From NCBI GenBank assembly GCA_964016885.1, contig CAXHJY010000063.1:1-45547 (forward strand): 45,547 nt of DNA. The letters run 5' to 3'. Each line of letters begins with the position of its first letter. Positions within the stretch are counted from its first letter, which is position 1. The position numbers and the translations under genes are program-made. Below, piece after piece: positions 27,559 to 39,179 of the stretch. Source of the DNA: Eledone cirrhosa. Its lineage: Eukaryota. The notes beneath the pieces were generated by a model. That model did no database searches and was not told where the DNA came from. It worked only from the letters and a program-made list of their open reading frames with translations.

Positions 27559-30106
27559 TTATACTTCTCTTAGGTCAGTGTTGTTTGTTTGGGTGTTGTT
27601 GTTATTCCATTCATTCTTTCTGTTTAGTCTTGGCCTTCTAATTTCTATTTCACTGGCCTCTCTGATTTGCCTATCTGCTGGGTCATTTCTATGTTTAGAT
27701 AATATTCTAATTTCTATGTTGTCTATGTTACCGTCATGTTGTTGTCTAGCATGTTCGTATAGTACCGACCCGTTTTTTCGTCCTTTTAGTTCCCCCCAGT
27801 GTTGGTCTATCCTTTCACCTATGCTACGAGCTGTTTCACCTATGTATGTTGTTGTCATGTTTCTGCAAGTACTCTCTGTACATCTTATGCTATAGACTAC
27901 GTTTCTAGTTTTACAGTTTATCCGGGGGTTTACCTTACATATGATACACTTCCTATTGGTACAGAGGGTTTTCTTAAAAGGGTAGGTTTTGCTGATCAGG
28001 GATTTTATGGTGGTTTCTGGCTTTTCTACCACCTTAATTTTTAGGTGGGTCTTTCTCAAGGCCTTTCTACACTGGTTAGCTAATTTCCCTCCGGGAGTAG
28101 CGTCCACATACATGACATTCTGGTATCTCTGAATGTCGTACCATGAGGTGGCTTTCCCTATCTTATATCTAGCCCTATCTAAGCTATTCCATGATTTGCT
28201 CCTGTATAATGGGCAAATTCCTTTCATGTCCAGTTCTATGAGGGTCTTAAACTTCTCCATGGCTCCTTCGTATACTCTAACTCTGTCTCTTTGGTTGTAG
28301 CCAGAGAACTGCATGCGGTTGATGAAGTGTTGGATGTGTCTTTCCATTTCTGTTAGGTCGCACTTCATCACTCGTACCAAATCTGCAATCAGAATATTAA
28401 ACTTAGCACTACTGGACATTTCTGAGTTTTTGAGTATTAGGTATTTGGAGACCATGGGTTTAGCATAGTGTGAGTGGAGAATTTGGGCTCTCTCGTCTAT
28501 AGTGTTAATCCAGAGTTCTGTGTCTAATACAGGTAGTCTATTGTTAGGGTGTTTGGAAGGGAAGTCGATAGTTACAGTTATACTCTGGTGTATGGAATTA
28601 GTTATCTGCTGGATGCTTTCCATCGTGCTATGTTCTAAATCAAACGTGTTAGTGCTTTCTAACGAGAGTACATGATGAGGTCTATGTAGCTCTCATTAAG
28701 GAGATCTTTAAGTCTCCTTTCCCACCATACCATGAAAAGGTTGGCAACATCACCAGCTATGCTGAGGCCAATGGCTGCTCCCTCATTTTTGGTGTAGATC
28801 TTCTCGTTGAACTTAAATATGTGGCCTTTAGTGTAGTTTTGATACTATCCCTTATAGCATGTGCGACCATTTTTCTTACCTGATCATTGTTTTGGGGGGT
28901 CTGTATAGCTTTGGTCCACCCAATCCACCTTTCCATAGGAGTCTTTTTTGCCATTGAGGTTATGGTGGGGGGTCTACCTCTTATAGGTCTACTGGGGCAG
29001 AAACGTCTAAGGTCATGGCTGTCTAGGTAGTCAGTGTTGTAGGTAAGTCTAAGTAGGAGGCCCAGTTCGTCTGTGTCGACGTCGCAGAACTCCACCTCAC
29101 TCTCAATGATCATCTCCACACATCTTTTCACAGCAAAATCAATGTTAATGGATGGGTACAGTGACACCACATCCATGCTGCATATTATGCAGTTGGATAG
29201 GTTCCTGTTTTTGTTGCACTCACTGATTCTGCTGAGGGGGTCCTCTGTACTGTCACATACATCTGGGGACATCTTGATTATGGGGCGTATAACCATTGTG
29301 AGGAAGTAGGAGATCCTGTAGTTACTAGCTATATTAGCTCCGCATACGGGTCTTGTTGGTGGTCCTGTTGTCGGGTCGTCGACTGTCTTGTGGGCTTTGC
29401 GGAGCCCATACAAGGGTGGTATGCCATTGTTAGCCGTCTGGAAGTTGTTGGCAGTGCGTCTGCTTGGCTTTAGGATGTCAGTCCACATCATCATGTGAGC
29501 GTTGAGGATTTTCTCTCTCCCATTGTGTGTTTGTTGTGCAATTTCGCTCGTGTTGGTGATGTGGGGTTGCATAGCCTTGATATAGTTCGGCATGCTATCT
29601 ATTGACATCCTACCAGACTTATCCGTGGGTAGACATACTACCTCACCATCCCTTGTGCGCTGCTTGAGACTAACCAAGCCTTCTACAGGTTTCCTCCCAA
29701 GTTGTTGGGCCTCTGGTCTGCTCTGTCTCTTAGTATACCTGTCTACTATTTGTATAATCTTATTTCTAGCTATGGTGAACTGTGCCTCTGTCTCGTCATC
29801 TATTTGTTGTGGTATGCAATCTCTTTTATTAAAGGGTAACCTCGTAGGATAGATATTACCCATCTTATATGTTTTGTCAGCTGGGTTGAAAAATGGTTTC
29901 TCTAAGGGGTTGTCATTATATCTATCGTCATAGTTGTGTGTGTCGCTATTATTGTTATCATGGTGGTTTTTGTTGTTTCTATCATTAGCATTATTAGTAT
30001 TGTTATGATTGCTAGATGTATTGTTGCTGTGATTGTTAGATGTATTGTTGTTATGATTGCTAGATGTATTGTTGCTGTGATTGTTGTTTACTTCACTGTT
30101 ATTGTT
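27559..30106 (-). pseudogene. PLE RT-GIY-YIG polyprotein with a frameshift and deletion of the catalytic YxDD
   Basis: PTDKSGR, PPLYGLRKAHK..PPTRPV and SMDVVSLYPSI; after a frameshift near 28825, GAAIGLSIAGDVANLFMVWW...MYSR; then [deletion] ...DFPSKHPNNRLPVLD...CxxxxCxxC...C..NVVYSIRC....C...YIGETARSIGERIDQH. Confidence 0.92.
29998..30090. repeat. Coding minisatellite giving Asn-rich repeats (NNHSNNTSSNHNN) in the PLE N-terminal region
   Basis: Tandem TGTTATGATTGCTAGATGTATTGTTGCTGTGATTGTT units. Confidence 0.8.
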
Positions 30107-30167
30107 ACTCCCCAAGTATAACAATATTTGTTTCGACACACGATTTCATATAAAAAACCTCGCAAAA

Positions 30168-30235
<68 letters not shown>

Positions 30236-30291
30236 ATGAAATATATGAAATATGAAATATAAGAATCAAAGAACTGTTCAAAACATGATTG

Positions 30292-30338
30292 TGCTTACAG
30301 CTGTTTCCTCCAAACCGAGGTTTGGATTCTTCGGAGCA
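30292..30338 (-). ncRNA. Type I HHR, U4C variant
   Basis: TGCT-CCGAAGA-A-TCCAAACC-TC-GGTTTGGA-G-GAAAC-AGCT-GTA-AGCA. Confidence 0.8.
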
Positions 30339-31219
30339 ATTTATTAATGCATGGACAGTTATATGACCGCCTTTTCAGCCGAGAGACATACCGATACATA
30401 TTCAAACATTGATACATATTCAAACATTGTGGGTCAACATTCATTACAGAATTTAGAGTGGCGGTACACACTTCGAGATTACATTTATATTCAAAATACA
30501 TAGAAATTAGGGTCTATATTGGGACACATTTTAATAGCTAGGTATAGAAACCCCAGAGTTACCTCCCCGCATGCATTAACTCCCCTTAGCCACACACACA
30601 TTTCCGGGCGGTATTCAATGGCGTTTCTCGAAACGTAACAGCCTCCTGTATTGAACTAAAGAACACCAGACTACGATCTCTAACTGGATTGTCGTGGATT
30701 ATGTGAAGGGCATATAATCGAAAAATACACTCCTCTGACCATGAAAATGCCGAAGTACATGAAATACTTGACTTCCCTGCGCGGTGCATCTCCAATACTT
30801 TTAACACTTTTAATGCTTGCACTATTTTTAATGCTTATAATATTTCTCCACACACAGACTTTATCAATCATATAAAGAATTTGCCACCAGATCTACCAAC
30901 CTAACACTCTTGTTTACCTACCTAAGTGCCTCTACCACACATATCTCTCTGCCACACTATATAAACAAGACGCACATGCGTGCCACACATATAACATTTG
31001 CACTATATAACCGCTTATCTTCATGTTGTATTTTAACCTGTATTTTGATTTTTGATTGTACCTCTTAATATAAATGTAATCTCGAAGTGTGTACTGCCAC
31101 TCTAAATTCTGTAATGAATGTTGACCAACAATGTTTGAATATGTATCAATGTTTGAATATGTATCGGTATGTCTCTCGACTGAAAAGGAGGTCATATAAC
31201 TGTCCATGCATTAATAAAT

Positions 31220-31266
31220 TGCTCCGAAGGATCCAAACCTCGGTTTGGAGGAAACAGCTGTAAGCA
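31220..31266 (+). ncRNA. Type I HHR, U4C variant with an additional A9G change
   Basis: TGCT-CCGAAGG-A-TCCAAACC-TC-GGTTTGGA-G-GAAAC-AGCT-GTA-AGCA. Confidence 0.72.
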
Positions 31267-31494
31267 CAATAATGTTTTGAACAGTTCTTTGATTCTTACA
31301 TTTCATATAACTGCTCTGTAAATCATGTGATGTTTTTACATTGAGCTACTTAACTTACTGGTAATAAGGTAGTAATACATTACTGCCTACAACTATTTAG
31401 GGTGTGTGTAAAATACTTATAACTGCATAAGGTTTTGTATTTACATAACCATAAATAGTATAACTAATACTATATATATATATATATAAAGTCT

Positions 31495-31680
31495 AGTCTA
31501 AAGTCTGTCTTAATCCAGAGGCTCGTTAGGCTGGTACTTATGCCGGTTTCATGGCGTGAAGCGAGCGAGAGTACAATACAATGGAGAGGATTCCAGTCCA
31601 TCGCAGGGCTGAACCCGCAGCTGTTGCTGATAATAATTTTCAACTGAGTATGCTGGAGCAACGGGAAATGAATCGATTTA
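31495..31680 (-). mobile_element. SINE fragment with a V-domain-like core
   Basis: The minus strand reads CGTTGCTCCAG..ACTCAG...CCCTGCGATGGACTGG...CGCCATGAAACCGG, as recalled from cephalopod and other metazoan SINEs. Confidence 0.6.
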
Positions 31681-31749
31681 ATCATCTTTCCCCTAACTCC
31701 ACATTTCTGACCTTGCGCCTAAATCATAAACCATTATCATTATTACTAC

Positions 31750-32035
31750 AGCGGAGCATTGGCAGTAACGCTAGAGCGTGTGACACTGTTTTGCGTCCCT
31801 TTATGATCTGAGTTCAAATCCCGCCGACATTAACTTTGCCTTTCATCCTTATGGGGTCGATAAATTACAGTACCAGTAACACACTGGGGTCGATATAATC
31901 GGCTTTCACCACCCCCCAAAAAAGATTTCTGGTCTTCTGCCTTTGCCTTTCATCCTTGAGGGGTCGATAAAATAAAGCACCAGTAATACACTTGGATAAT
32001 TGCTGGCCTTGTGCCAAAGTAGAAACTATAATTAT
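31750..32035 (+). mobile_element. tRNA-derived octopus-type SINE with a duplicated Meta-like domain
   Basis: B-box GAGTTCAAATCC. CTTTGCCTTTCATCCTT..GGGGTCGATAAA...ACCAGTAA occurs twice. The end is GGCCTTGTGCCAAAG.AGAAA. Confidence 0.8.
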
Positions 32036-32119
32036 TAACAGTTTTTTTCTTAAGGATAATTGTGCATGAATACTGGAACTGGATGTACTTACCAACTAAA
32101 AAAAAACGCTTTTCGAAAG

Positions 32120-32450
32120 GTACTGATACATTTTATCCCGGCATCGATACTGTCACATTGCAGTTTGTACTGGATATATTTTATCATGTCTACAGCACTC
32201 CTTTATTTTGCAGTGTGTACTGAATACGTCTCATCATAACCAGTACTGTAGCTTTGTAGATTATATTAAACACAATTTACCACTGTTACTTTACAGGGTG
32301 TACTGAATACATTTTATCACGACTCCGCCACTAACTTTTTGCATGTTATACTGAATACATTTTATTATGGCACCGCCACTCTTATTTTACTGGATACCTT
32401 CTTTCATAGGCCAGCATTGCAGAGTGTATTCGATAAATGTTATCGTGGCA
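32120..32450. repeat. Degenerate minisatellite of about 48 bp (GTACTGAATACATTTTATCA...), about 6-7 units
   Basis: TACTG(A/G)ATACATTTTAT recurs at about 32120, 32168, 32217, 32300, 32349 and 32388. Confidence 0.75.
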
Positions 32451-33379
32451 ATAATAAAACTATTTCATAGCTTGCATTATCTGGGTAACATAAGCTCTAC
32501 CAGTTTACAGAGTGAACAAGGTGCATATTGCTGTGACAATATGCAGACGTGTCAACAGTCCTCGTCCGACGGGGAGATGATCCACACCCCTTTGTGTTGG
32601 TAAGAGATGACTTCACTTGTGAAAATGGCTATCGCTTTAATTATGTAAAATCTCTTCATTTTGCCTCATTTCTCCCCGTTTTGGGACACTGATTTTTCAT
32701 GGTACTCCCCGTTTGGGTCTTTAAAGGTTGACAGGGTTCCATCATGACTAGAGAAGTTGCTTGTAAATAGTAGTCTCAATGGAGTTAGGCACATGTTAAC
32801 GGGCAGTTTTTTTGTTTTTTTTTGTTGTTATTTTTTTACTCGGTCAGATATATCAAACAGTAGCAGTAATACCAAAGGCTAATGCAATAATTAATGCATT
32901 CTTACCTTGATAATATGCAGTCTCCATAATTGAAAAAAAACAATACATATGATGCGAAACTATGTTCTACTTAATGCATCAAACATTGAAGCATGAAAAA
33001 TGATACATGAAAAATGAAACTATATCTGTACAAAAACAATATATACCACTCATCGTTCCAACCTTCCGTATTTAGTATAATCATTCGAAGTCCATCTATA
33101 TTCAAATGATATTTGTCTGATTTGTAGTGTTTATCTAATTCTTGTTCACATTTTCTCGGGCGAAATTAATCGAGAAATGTAATGTCTTACAAGATTTTAT
33201 CACCGGACAAAATGAGAAGAAAATCGTATGGGGATGACATTTCATTACTTCCATAATAGCATCTGTAATTTAGTGTAAAATTTCAGCTATAAGAAATACG
33301 CATAAGAAGAATTTAATGGGAAGTCCTATATATCCAGCAGTTCTGTTCGTGTTCATGGAGCACGTAAACACAAAATAAA

Positions 33380-33870
33380 TGTCCGAAATACAATATTGAA
33401 TGCTGAGAAGAAATTCTACGCTGCTAGAATATTAAGTAAATGTTCATAGTAACTAGATTCTTGCGAATTAACCTGATATGAATGGTTGTATGCAAGCTAT
33501 TTCAACCACTGATTTCAACCATTTCAGACAAATTGCTTTCAAAACCGTTTTTCTTTCGTTATAACTATCAGCATTGAACAAGAGAATTGGATTGATGGCA
33601 ATCAGTCTATTAAAATTGCAGAATTCTTAATAAATCGACAGTTTGTAGTCCCTGATTTCGTCAGTTTCGGGTGCAATTTAAATTTGGGTATGCCCAATCT
33701 ACATTCTGCACTGCTTCCCATCAAGATGACAAGACATAAAAATTATATCTAACAGGTGGGAGAAAAATACAAGATATGAAGCTAAAGTGATCGATAGGGA
33801 ATTCGATGTTAACGCAAGTACTGGATTGGATTCAATATTCAAGCATGAAACATTTCAAAACTTACCAAAG
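33380..33870 (+). pseudogene. Possible highly decayed pogo/Tigger transposase N-terminal (CENP-B-type HTH) fragment
   Basis: Broken frames give YEWL...LPI...KIQD-EAKVI.REFDVNASTG-WIQ-FK, resembling the xASxGWxxxFK motif. There are many stops and frameshifts. Confidence 0.3.
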
Positions 33871-34454
33871 GTAAGACGGCATGTATTGAAACAGATATAA
33901 ACAACTTGCAATATGTATTCAGTGAAGTCTTCATTAAATGTGGTGTATTGTTTAAACGCCGTGTGAAATCCCTAAATACAGTGGTTACAACTGCTTTTTC
34001 TCATCCATTGAAAAAAAAAATCGTTTGTCAGTCTATCGATTTTTCATTATATGCTCAAAAGTATAAAGTTAAAAACTCATATTAGTCCTTCATTATCAAA
34101 GTAGCCCAAGAAAAACATTTTCAGAACCTAAAAATACCATACAGAGAGTATATATATATATACGTTCAAATCTCAAGGGAGAAAAATCACCAGGGTGATT
34201 TTGCGTCATTTTCTGAACATTGTAGAAGGAAAATCCGTATTAGTATAGTTACATTGCACAGAAACGATCTTCCGAGAAAAAATATTTATATCTATCTCTA
34301 ACTAATAACACAACCAACTGTCTGCAGTAAACTAAATGTATGCGCTCTGAACAATTGATTGTAGCTGCATAACTACAATTTCGCCAGATTCATCGAGTGA
34401 GCTAAACGTTGGGAAAAACGGTCAAATTATAACACCGATCTCCGTTAGGTTAGC

Positions 34455-34502
<48 letters not shown>

Positions 34503-34816
34503 AATATAATTTCAGCGAGATCGCATTTTGGCTGTGGTAAAAAACAAAGCGAAACACAATTTTCGAGATATGCGGCAAGCGCTCAATGGACTAAAAGAAG
34601 ACCAGAGCAATTAACATACGTTATAGAGGCCAAACAAACTGAAGTCGGTGGTCATGAAGCTATTAGCCACCGGAGCCGAAAAAACGAAGCAAGCTAAACA
34701 GGTTAAACAAAAGAATTTACCTGGATCTCCTGGAAATTGATGGTATAATCCAGTGGAAGTTTTCTGTGACACCTAAATATGTGGCTGCCTGCTTTCATCG
34801 TAAGCTTTTGGTATAC

Positions 34817-34855
<39 letters not shown>

Positions 34856-34899
34856 ATATATGAATTTTGTGTACATGTATTTTTTATATTTAATGTGTA

Positions 34900-35000
34900 T
34901 GAACCAGCTACGCGCGTTTCGCACAGGATTGGCTGAAGTTCACCCATTGGGGTTATAGACTCGACTCCAGTATTGATCTGCTCGTCAGACGGGTGATTCA
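34900..35000 (-). ncRNA. Well-formed type I HHR with extended stem II in a solo pLTR-like island (about 34500-35060)
   Basis: TGAATCA-ccc-GT-CTGACGA-GCA..CTGGAGT..ACTTCAG..TGC-GAAAC-GCGC-GTA-GC-TGGTTCA. The core is canonical, with a G-C closing pair, palindromic loop III, bulged stem I and a downstream ATTAAA. Confidence 0.87.
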
Positions 35001-35092
35001 GCAAAAGCTAAAATGCTTGTGGTGAACGGAGAAATATTGGACATATACTGCCTCTCGGTCTCTCTCCCTCTTCCTTTCTCTCTCCCCCTCTC

Positions 35093-35144
<52 letters not shown>

Positions 35145-35149
35145 CACAC

Positions 35150-35184
<35 letters not shown>

Positions 35185-35185
35185 C

Positions 35186-35241
<56 letters not shown>

Positions 35242-35319
35242 AAATGTAGAAAATAAAATCTCCATTGGAATAGTACAGTCATAAAAAGGTGTGTATATAT
35301 ATATATATATATTCATACA

Positions 35320-35425
<106 letters not shown>

Positions 35426-35860
35426 ATTTACTACCATTCATTTACAAGAATAATCAAACATATATAATTCATTTTTGTGGAATATATTGTCAAACATTTT
35501 ATATTGTCGGTTTCTTCTAAATCTCAAAAACGTAAATAATTTTAATTCTCCCAATCATAAATATAAATATTTATAAGAAATTATTCCACTTTGTTATATA
35601 ACCTACTGTATTTTCATTTGACAATTAGTTTTAATTGTACATTTTTTGTATACTAAATTCCGTCGTAACGAATTCTCCACATATGTAGTTTCAGAAACAA
35701 GAATTAATAATAATAATAATTCAAACACACACGCACACGCACACACATACACACGTATATATCATTATATATATGTGTGTGTATGTGTGTGCATTACTGT
35801 CATATTTAATACATTTCTCACCAAGCCTTTCCTTTTGGATTATGAATTTATCCCTCTGTT

Positions 35861-36235
35861 TTCTTCTTGTGCCATCGCTGTATCAGTTTTTCACGAACCA
35901 TGACGTCCCCCGCGGTTCGATCTTGGGCGAGATCCCATACTTCTCCGGCTTTGAAGTCGGAATTGCGAAAAAAGGACCGCCATTTACAAACTGAAGCATG
36001 TTTACCAGGAATTTTGTATGAATGGAAAGGTCTTCCAGCATACTTTTCCTGATGGCATGTCCTAGGAACATTAGTTGTCCCCTTTTAATAGTGAGCGATC
36101 CATCGTTGTAGTAACGAAATTCACTATGAACCCGTCTCCCTCCTCCCTGGTAGGAAGAGCTTGTTATAGTAGCAGTGATAAATATCTACTACGTACCCCA
36201 ACAGTCCGCAGATCTTCAACAACTGTGAATATTAT
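35861..36235 (-). mobile_element. 3' fragment of an RTE-clade LINE
   Basis: Minus-strand frames read TIKRGQLMFLGHAIRKSMLEDLSI-KIPGKHA...VWDLAQDRT, the typical RTE C-terminus, ending in a short (AAG)n tail. Confidence 0.75.
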
Positions 36236-37553
36236 AACCAACACTAAGAAGTAAATATATACTTAATAAATTAAAAGAAATAGTTATACTAAAAGGAATA
36301 AATATATTCAAAAGAGATAATTATAAATAGATACCGTGTTATTTTAAATATAAACTAGATCAAATGACGTAGTTGTTATATTGTTATGGTTTAACAGGTT
36401 TGATATTGCTGGAAGTATGTGAACCCTAACTCTCGTTAGTTCCACGTTTAATCAAGCTCAACTGATTACATCATATGCCCGATTCTTCTCCTCCAAGAGA
36501 TGCACTCGATGAGAGATGCGTTATACTGAAATCTTACGTTATATAGGGAATGACTTGAAGTGGGTGGGGCCGTAGGACTGTTCCCCGTACCTAGCATTCC
36601 ATATCCATAAAACCGATCAAGGTTTTCGGGCTAACTATTAAGGAGACATTAGGTGGTCTCGTTAACAATTAAATAGTGTAGGCTAACTTAAGGTATTTTA
36701 AAGTAACCATCCGAAAGAGACACGTGAAGCTGAATTAGAAATTGATATACATATTGCAACAGAGTAGGTGATCGATTAATTTTAAGAATCATGGAGACAA
36801 ACTGTTAACACTACTCATCTCACGGATTTAACATCTTCCGTCACATATATTACCCCAAACCCCTTGATTACATTCCATTAATTCGTGTAATTCTTTAGTT
36901 ACTTCTTTGCTAACGGAGGGGTCTATCCCACCTGAGACAGGCGCTCCCTGGGGTCGAACGGCTGAATCACTGGATATTGTTTACTGTTCCGGCAATTTTG
37001 TCGCCATCTTTTTCAGTGGAGTACAACCAAGATAATCTCGCTAAACAGAGAATTACACTCTCACCCTTTGTACACCCTTCCAATTGTTTTCATTATTATT
37101 TTTTGTTTTTTTTAACTCATGATTGATCTTCAATACTTAAAGAAAGCGTTTATTGCTTCTATTTGATGTATATTTTAAAAAATATCTTTATCTTATTGTT
37201 TATGGCTTCTTTTCGCCGTCCCGTGATCTTCTCAAACTCATGTTACCTACTAGGTATTCATAGGTTACTATGATGTGTGCACCCTCACACAAACCTGCCA
37301 GCCACTACTATCCAATGGATTCTATCTTGATACATTTTCTAACCACTTAGAATACATTACCATCCACTTTTATTCTACGTATTTACATCTTGAGTTTGTT
37401 CTATAATGTTTAGCACTTTCAATTAATTTTATTATTTTTTGTACACCGAACACAACTAATAGCTTTACTTATATTTCGTTACCTCTACTCACTGAAATTT
37501 CTTTTATGTTGGTATCACTTATACTTCACCCATTTCGTAGCACTTTAAGGTAT

Positions 37554-37607
<54 letters not shown>

Positions 37608-37685
37608 AAACTGGAACGGGAGCAAATCAGAGAGGCAGTACAAACAAAGGTTTATTAGTTTCACGCTCTTGAGGGTGGGGGTGTT

Positions 37686-37720
37686 GAACTACGTTTCGGG
37701 CATAAGCCCTACTTCAGGAG
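37686..37720 (-). ncRNA. Minimal HHR motif of the Neptune pLTR (A9U change)
   Basis: CTGAAGT-A-GGGC-TTAT-GCCC-GAAAC-GTAG. Confidence 0.72.
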
Positions 37721-39179
37721 AAAAGTGGATGGGAAGAGAGTTCCTAGGGTGTGTGGGGGAGTGAAGGAGATATATTTAGAAAAAGTTGGTGGGAGGAAAC
37801 ACGGTGGAAGGGGTACCAATAAAAATAAAAATAAAAATAAACATGAAGATAAACAAGTGGTGAAAAGGTGTGGGGCGTATAGGGGTGGTGGCGGGTGTAG
37901 TGTGGTGTGGGGGGCGGGGTGTCCGAGCGGGAAGGGCAGAAGGTGGTGTTTGTGTATGTATGTAGATGTACATGTGTGTGTGTGTGTGTGTGTGTTTATG
38001 TGAATGGGAGAGTTGGGGGAAGAACGAGGTTCCATGTTCAGGAAAATGTGTGTGTGGGGTGGAGTGGGGGTCGGTGTGTGTGTGTGCGTGTGGATGAGGA
38101 GGAGCCAGAGGGATGGGGAACGGGGTGTGAGGATTCCGGAGGCTGAGTGTGTATATATGTGGGGGTACGCACGTGTGTGTTGGTGTTTATACGTTTTGTG
38201 GATGTAGGTGGCGTGGTTCGAAAAAAAATTGTGAGTGTATGTGTGTGGTTAAGTTCCTAAGGTAGTTCCGTAGAGGACGTGAAGAGTTGCCGGATATTTT
38301 CCATGAAGTGGATAGTTGGAACGATGGCCGGTGGTGTGTAATCCGTTGGTTGTGGTGGTTGGAAGTGGGGAGATGTGGGGTGCGCGCGCAACAGGAAGTG
38401 GTCACAGGGTCAAGGCAGAATGAAGGTAGAGGTGAATGACAGGTGGAGAGGACTGTGTCAGTGTCAGTGTGCGGATGGGTGGTCAGAGGGTCAAGGCAGG
38501 AGATAGCATAGCACAGTAGAGGAGAATGGCAGGTGGAGAAAGTCAGTGTGTCAGTGTAGCGGAGGTGCGGTGAACAGGGGAGAGGATGGGTAGGTGTGAA
38601 AAGTGGAGTGGTGAGGGGTTCGTGTGGGGTGTAGGGTGTGTATTAGTAGAGGTGTTAGTGGGATGTTTGTGTGTGTGAATGGGTGTGGGTGGAGCGGGGA
38701 GAGAAAGGTGTGGGAGACGGTAAAGGGAGTGTAGTGTACTGGTGTGTGTGTGCGTGTTTGGATGAGTGTGTGTGTGTGGTGAAGGGAGTGTTAGTGGGTG
38801 TTAGTATACTGGTGGTGGAGAAAGGGTTGAATGCGGGTGTGTTAGTGGGGTTCAATGGTGGTAGGGTGTGTAGAGTGGGTGGTGTAAGTGTGTGTGTGAA
38901 GGTCTGTGTTCGTGTGTGTGGTGTCGGGGGGATGTAAGTGGTATTAGTTGTGGGGTGGTTGGAGTGGATGTGTGGGTGAGGGTTAGTGGTGGTAGTAGGG
39001 TGCGTGGATAGTGTAAGTGCGTGTATATATGTGCAGGTGGGTGGGTGCGTGATATGGGGAGGGGTGGGGATGTTAGTATTGTTAGTTGTGGGGTGGGCCA
39101 AAGGGGTGGGCGGTGAAAAGGAGGAGTGTGTTAGTGGTGCTAGTGAGGGATATGTGGGGGAGGATAGGGAACAGGGCGG

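Larger units (their letters stand above)
27059..30170 (-). mobile_element. Near-full-length defective PLE, probably Nematis-type, in TA
   Basis: RT and GIY-YIG reading frames, a 3' HHR, and a 20-bp inverted copy of the 3' terminus at 30108-30127. The clade name comes from recalled motif similarity. Confidence 0.9.
30251..31470 (+). mobile_element. Short 5'-truncated Naiad-type PLE: inverted pLTR (30251-30491), decayed GIY-YIG (about 30509-30860), pLTR (31067-31309) and tail
   Basis: Arms of about 240 bp are reverse complements. The internal + strand frames give RVYIGTHFNS...RYRN...IELKN...WIVVDYVK-AYN...AEVHEIL, colinear with the 16205-17029 protein. Confidence 0.8.

Noticed and set aside
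30108-30139. Predicted start MSKQILLYLG of the 460-aa ORF
   Set aside because: 30108-30127 is an inverted copy of the element's 3' terminus (27059-27078), so the N-terminus is a junction artefact and the real ORF is 5'-truncated.
31810-31825. tRNA-like B-box sequences (also 44615-44626)
   Set aside because: No cloverleaf; these are heads of tRNA-derived SINEs.
32120-32450. Regularly spaced repeats superficially like a CRISPR array (also 44650-44950)
   Set aside because: The context is eukaryotic, the units are degenerate along their whole length with related spacer portions, and there are no cas genes; these are minisatellites.
36400-37080. Moderately GC-rich unique segment, including TCGATGA...GAAATC near 36506-36532
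   Set aside because: No open frame or recognisable motif on either strand and no HHR stems; it cannot be assigned without a database search.
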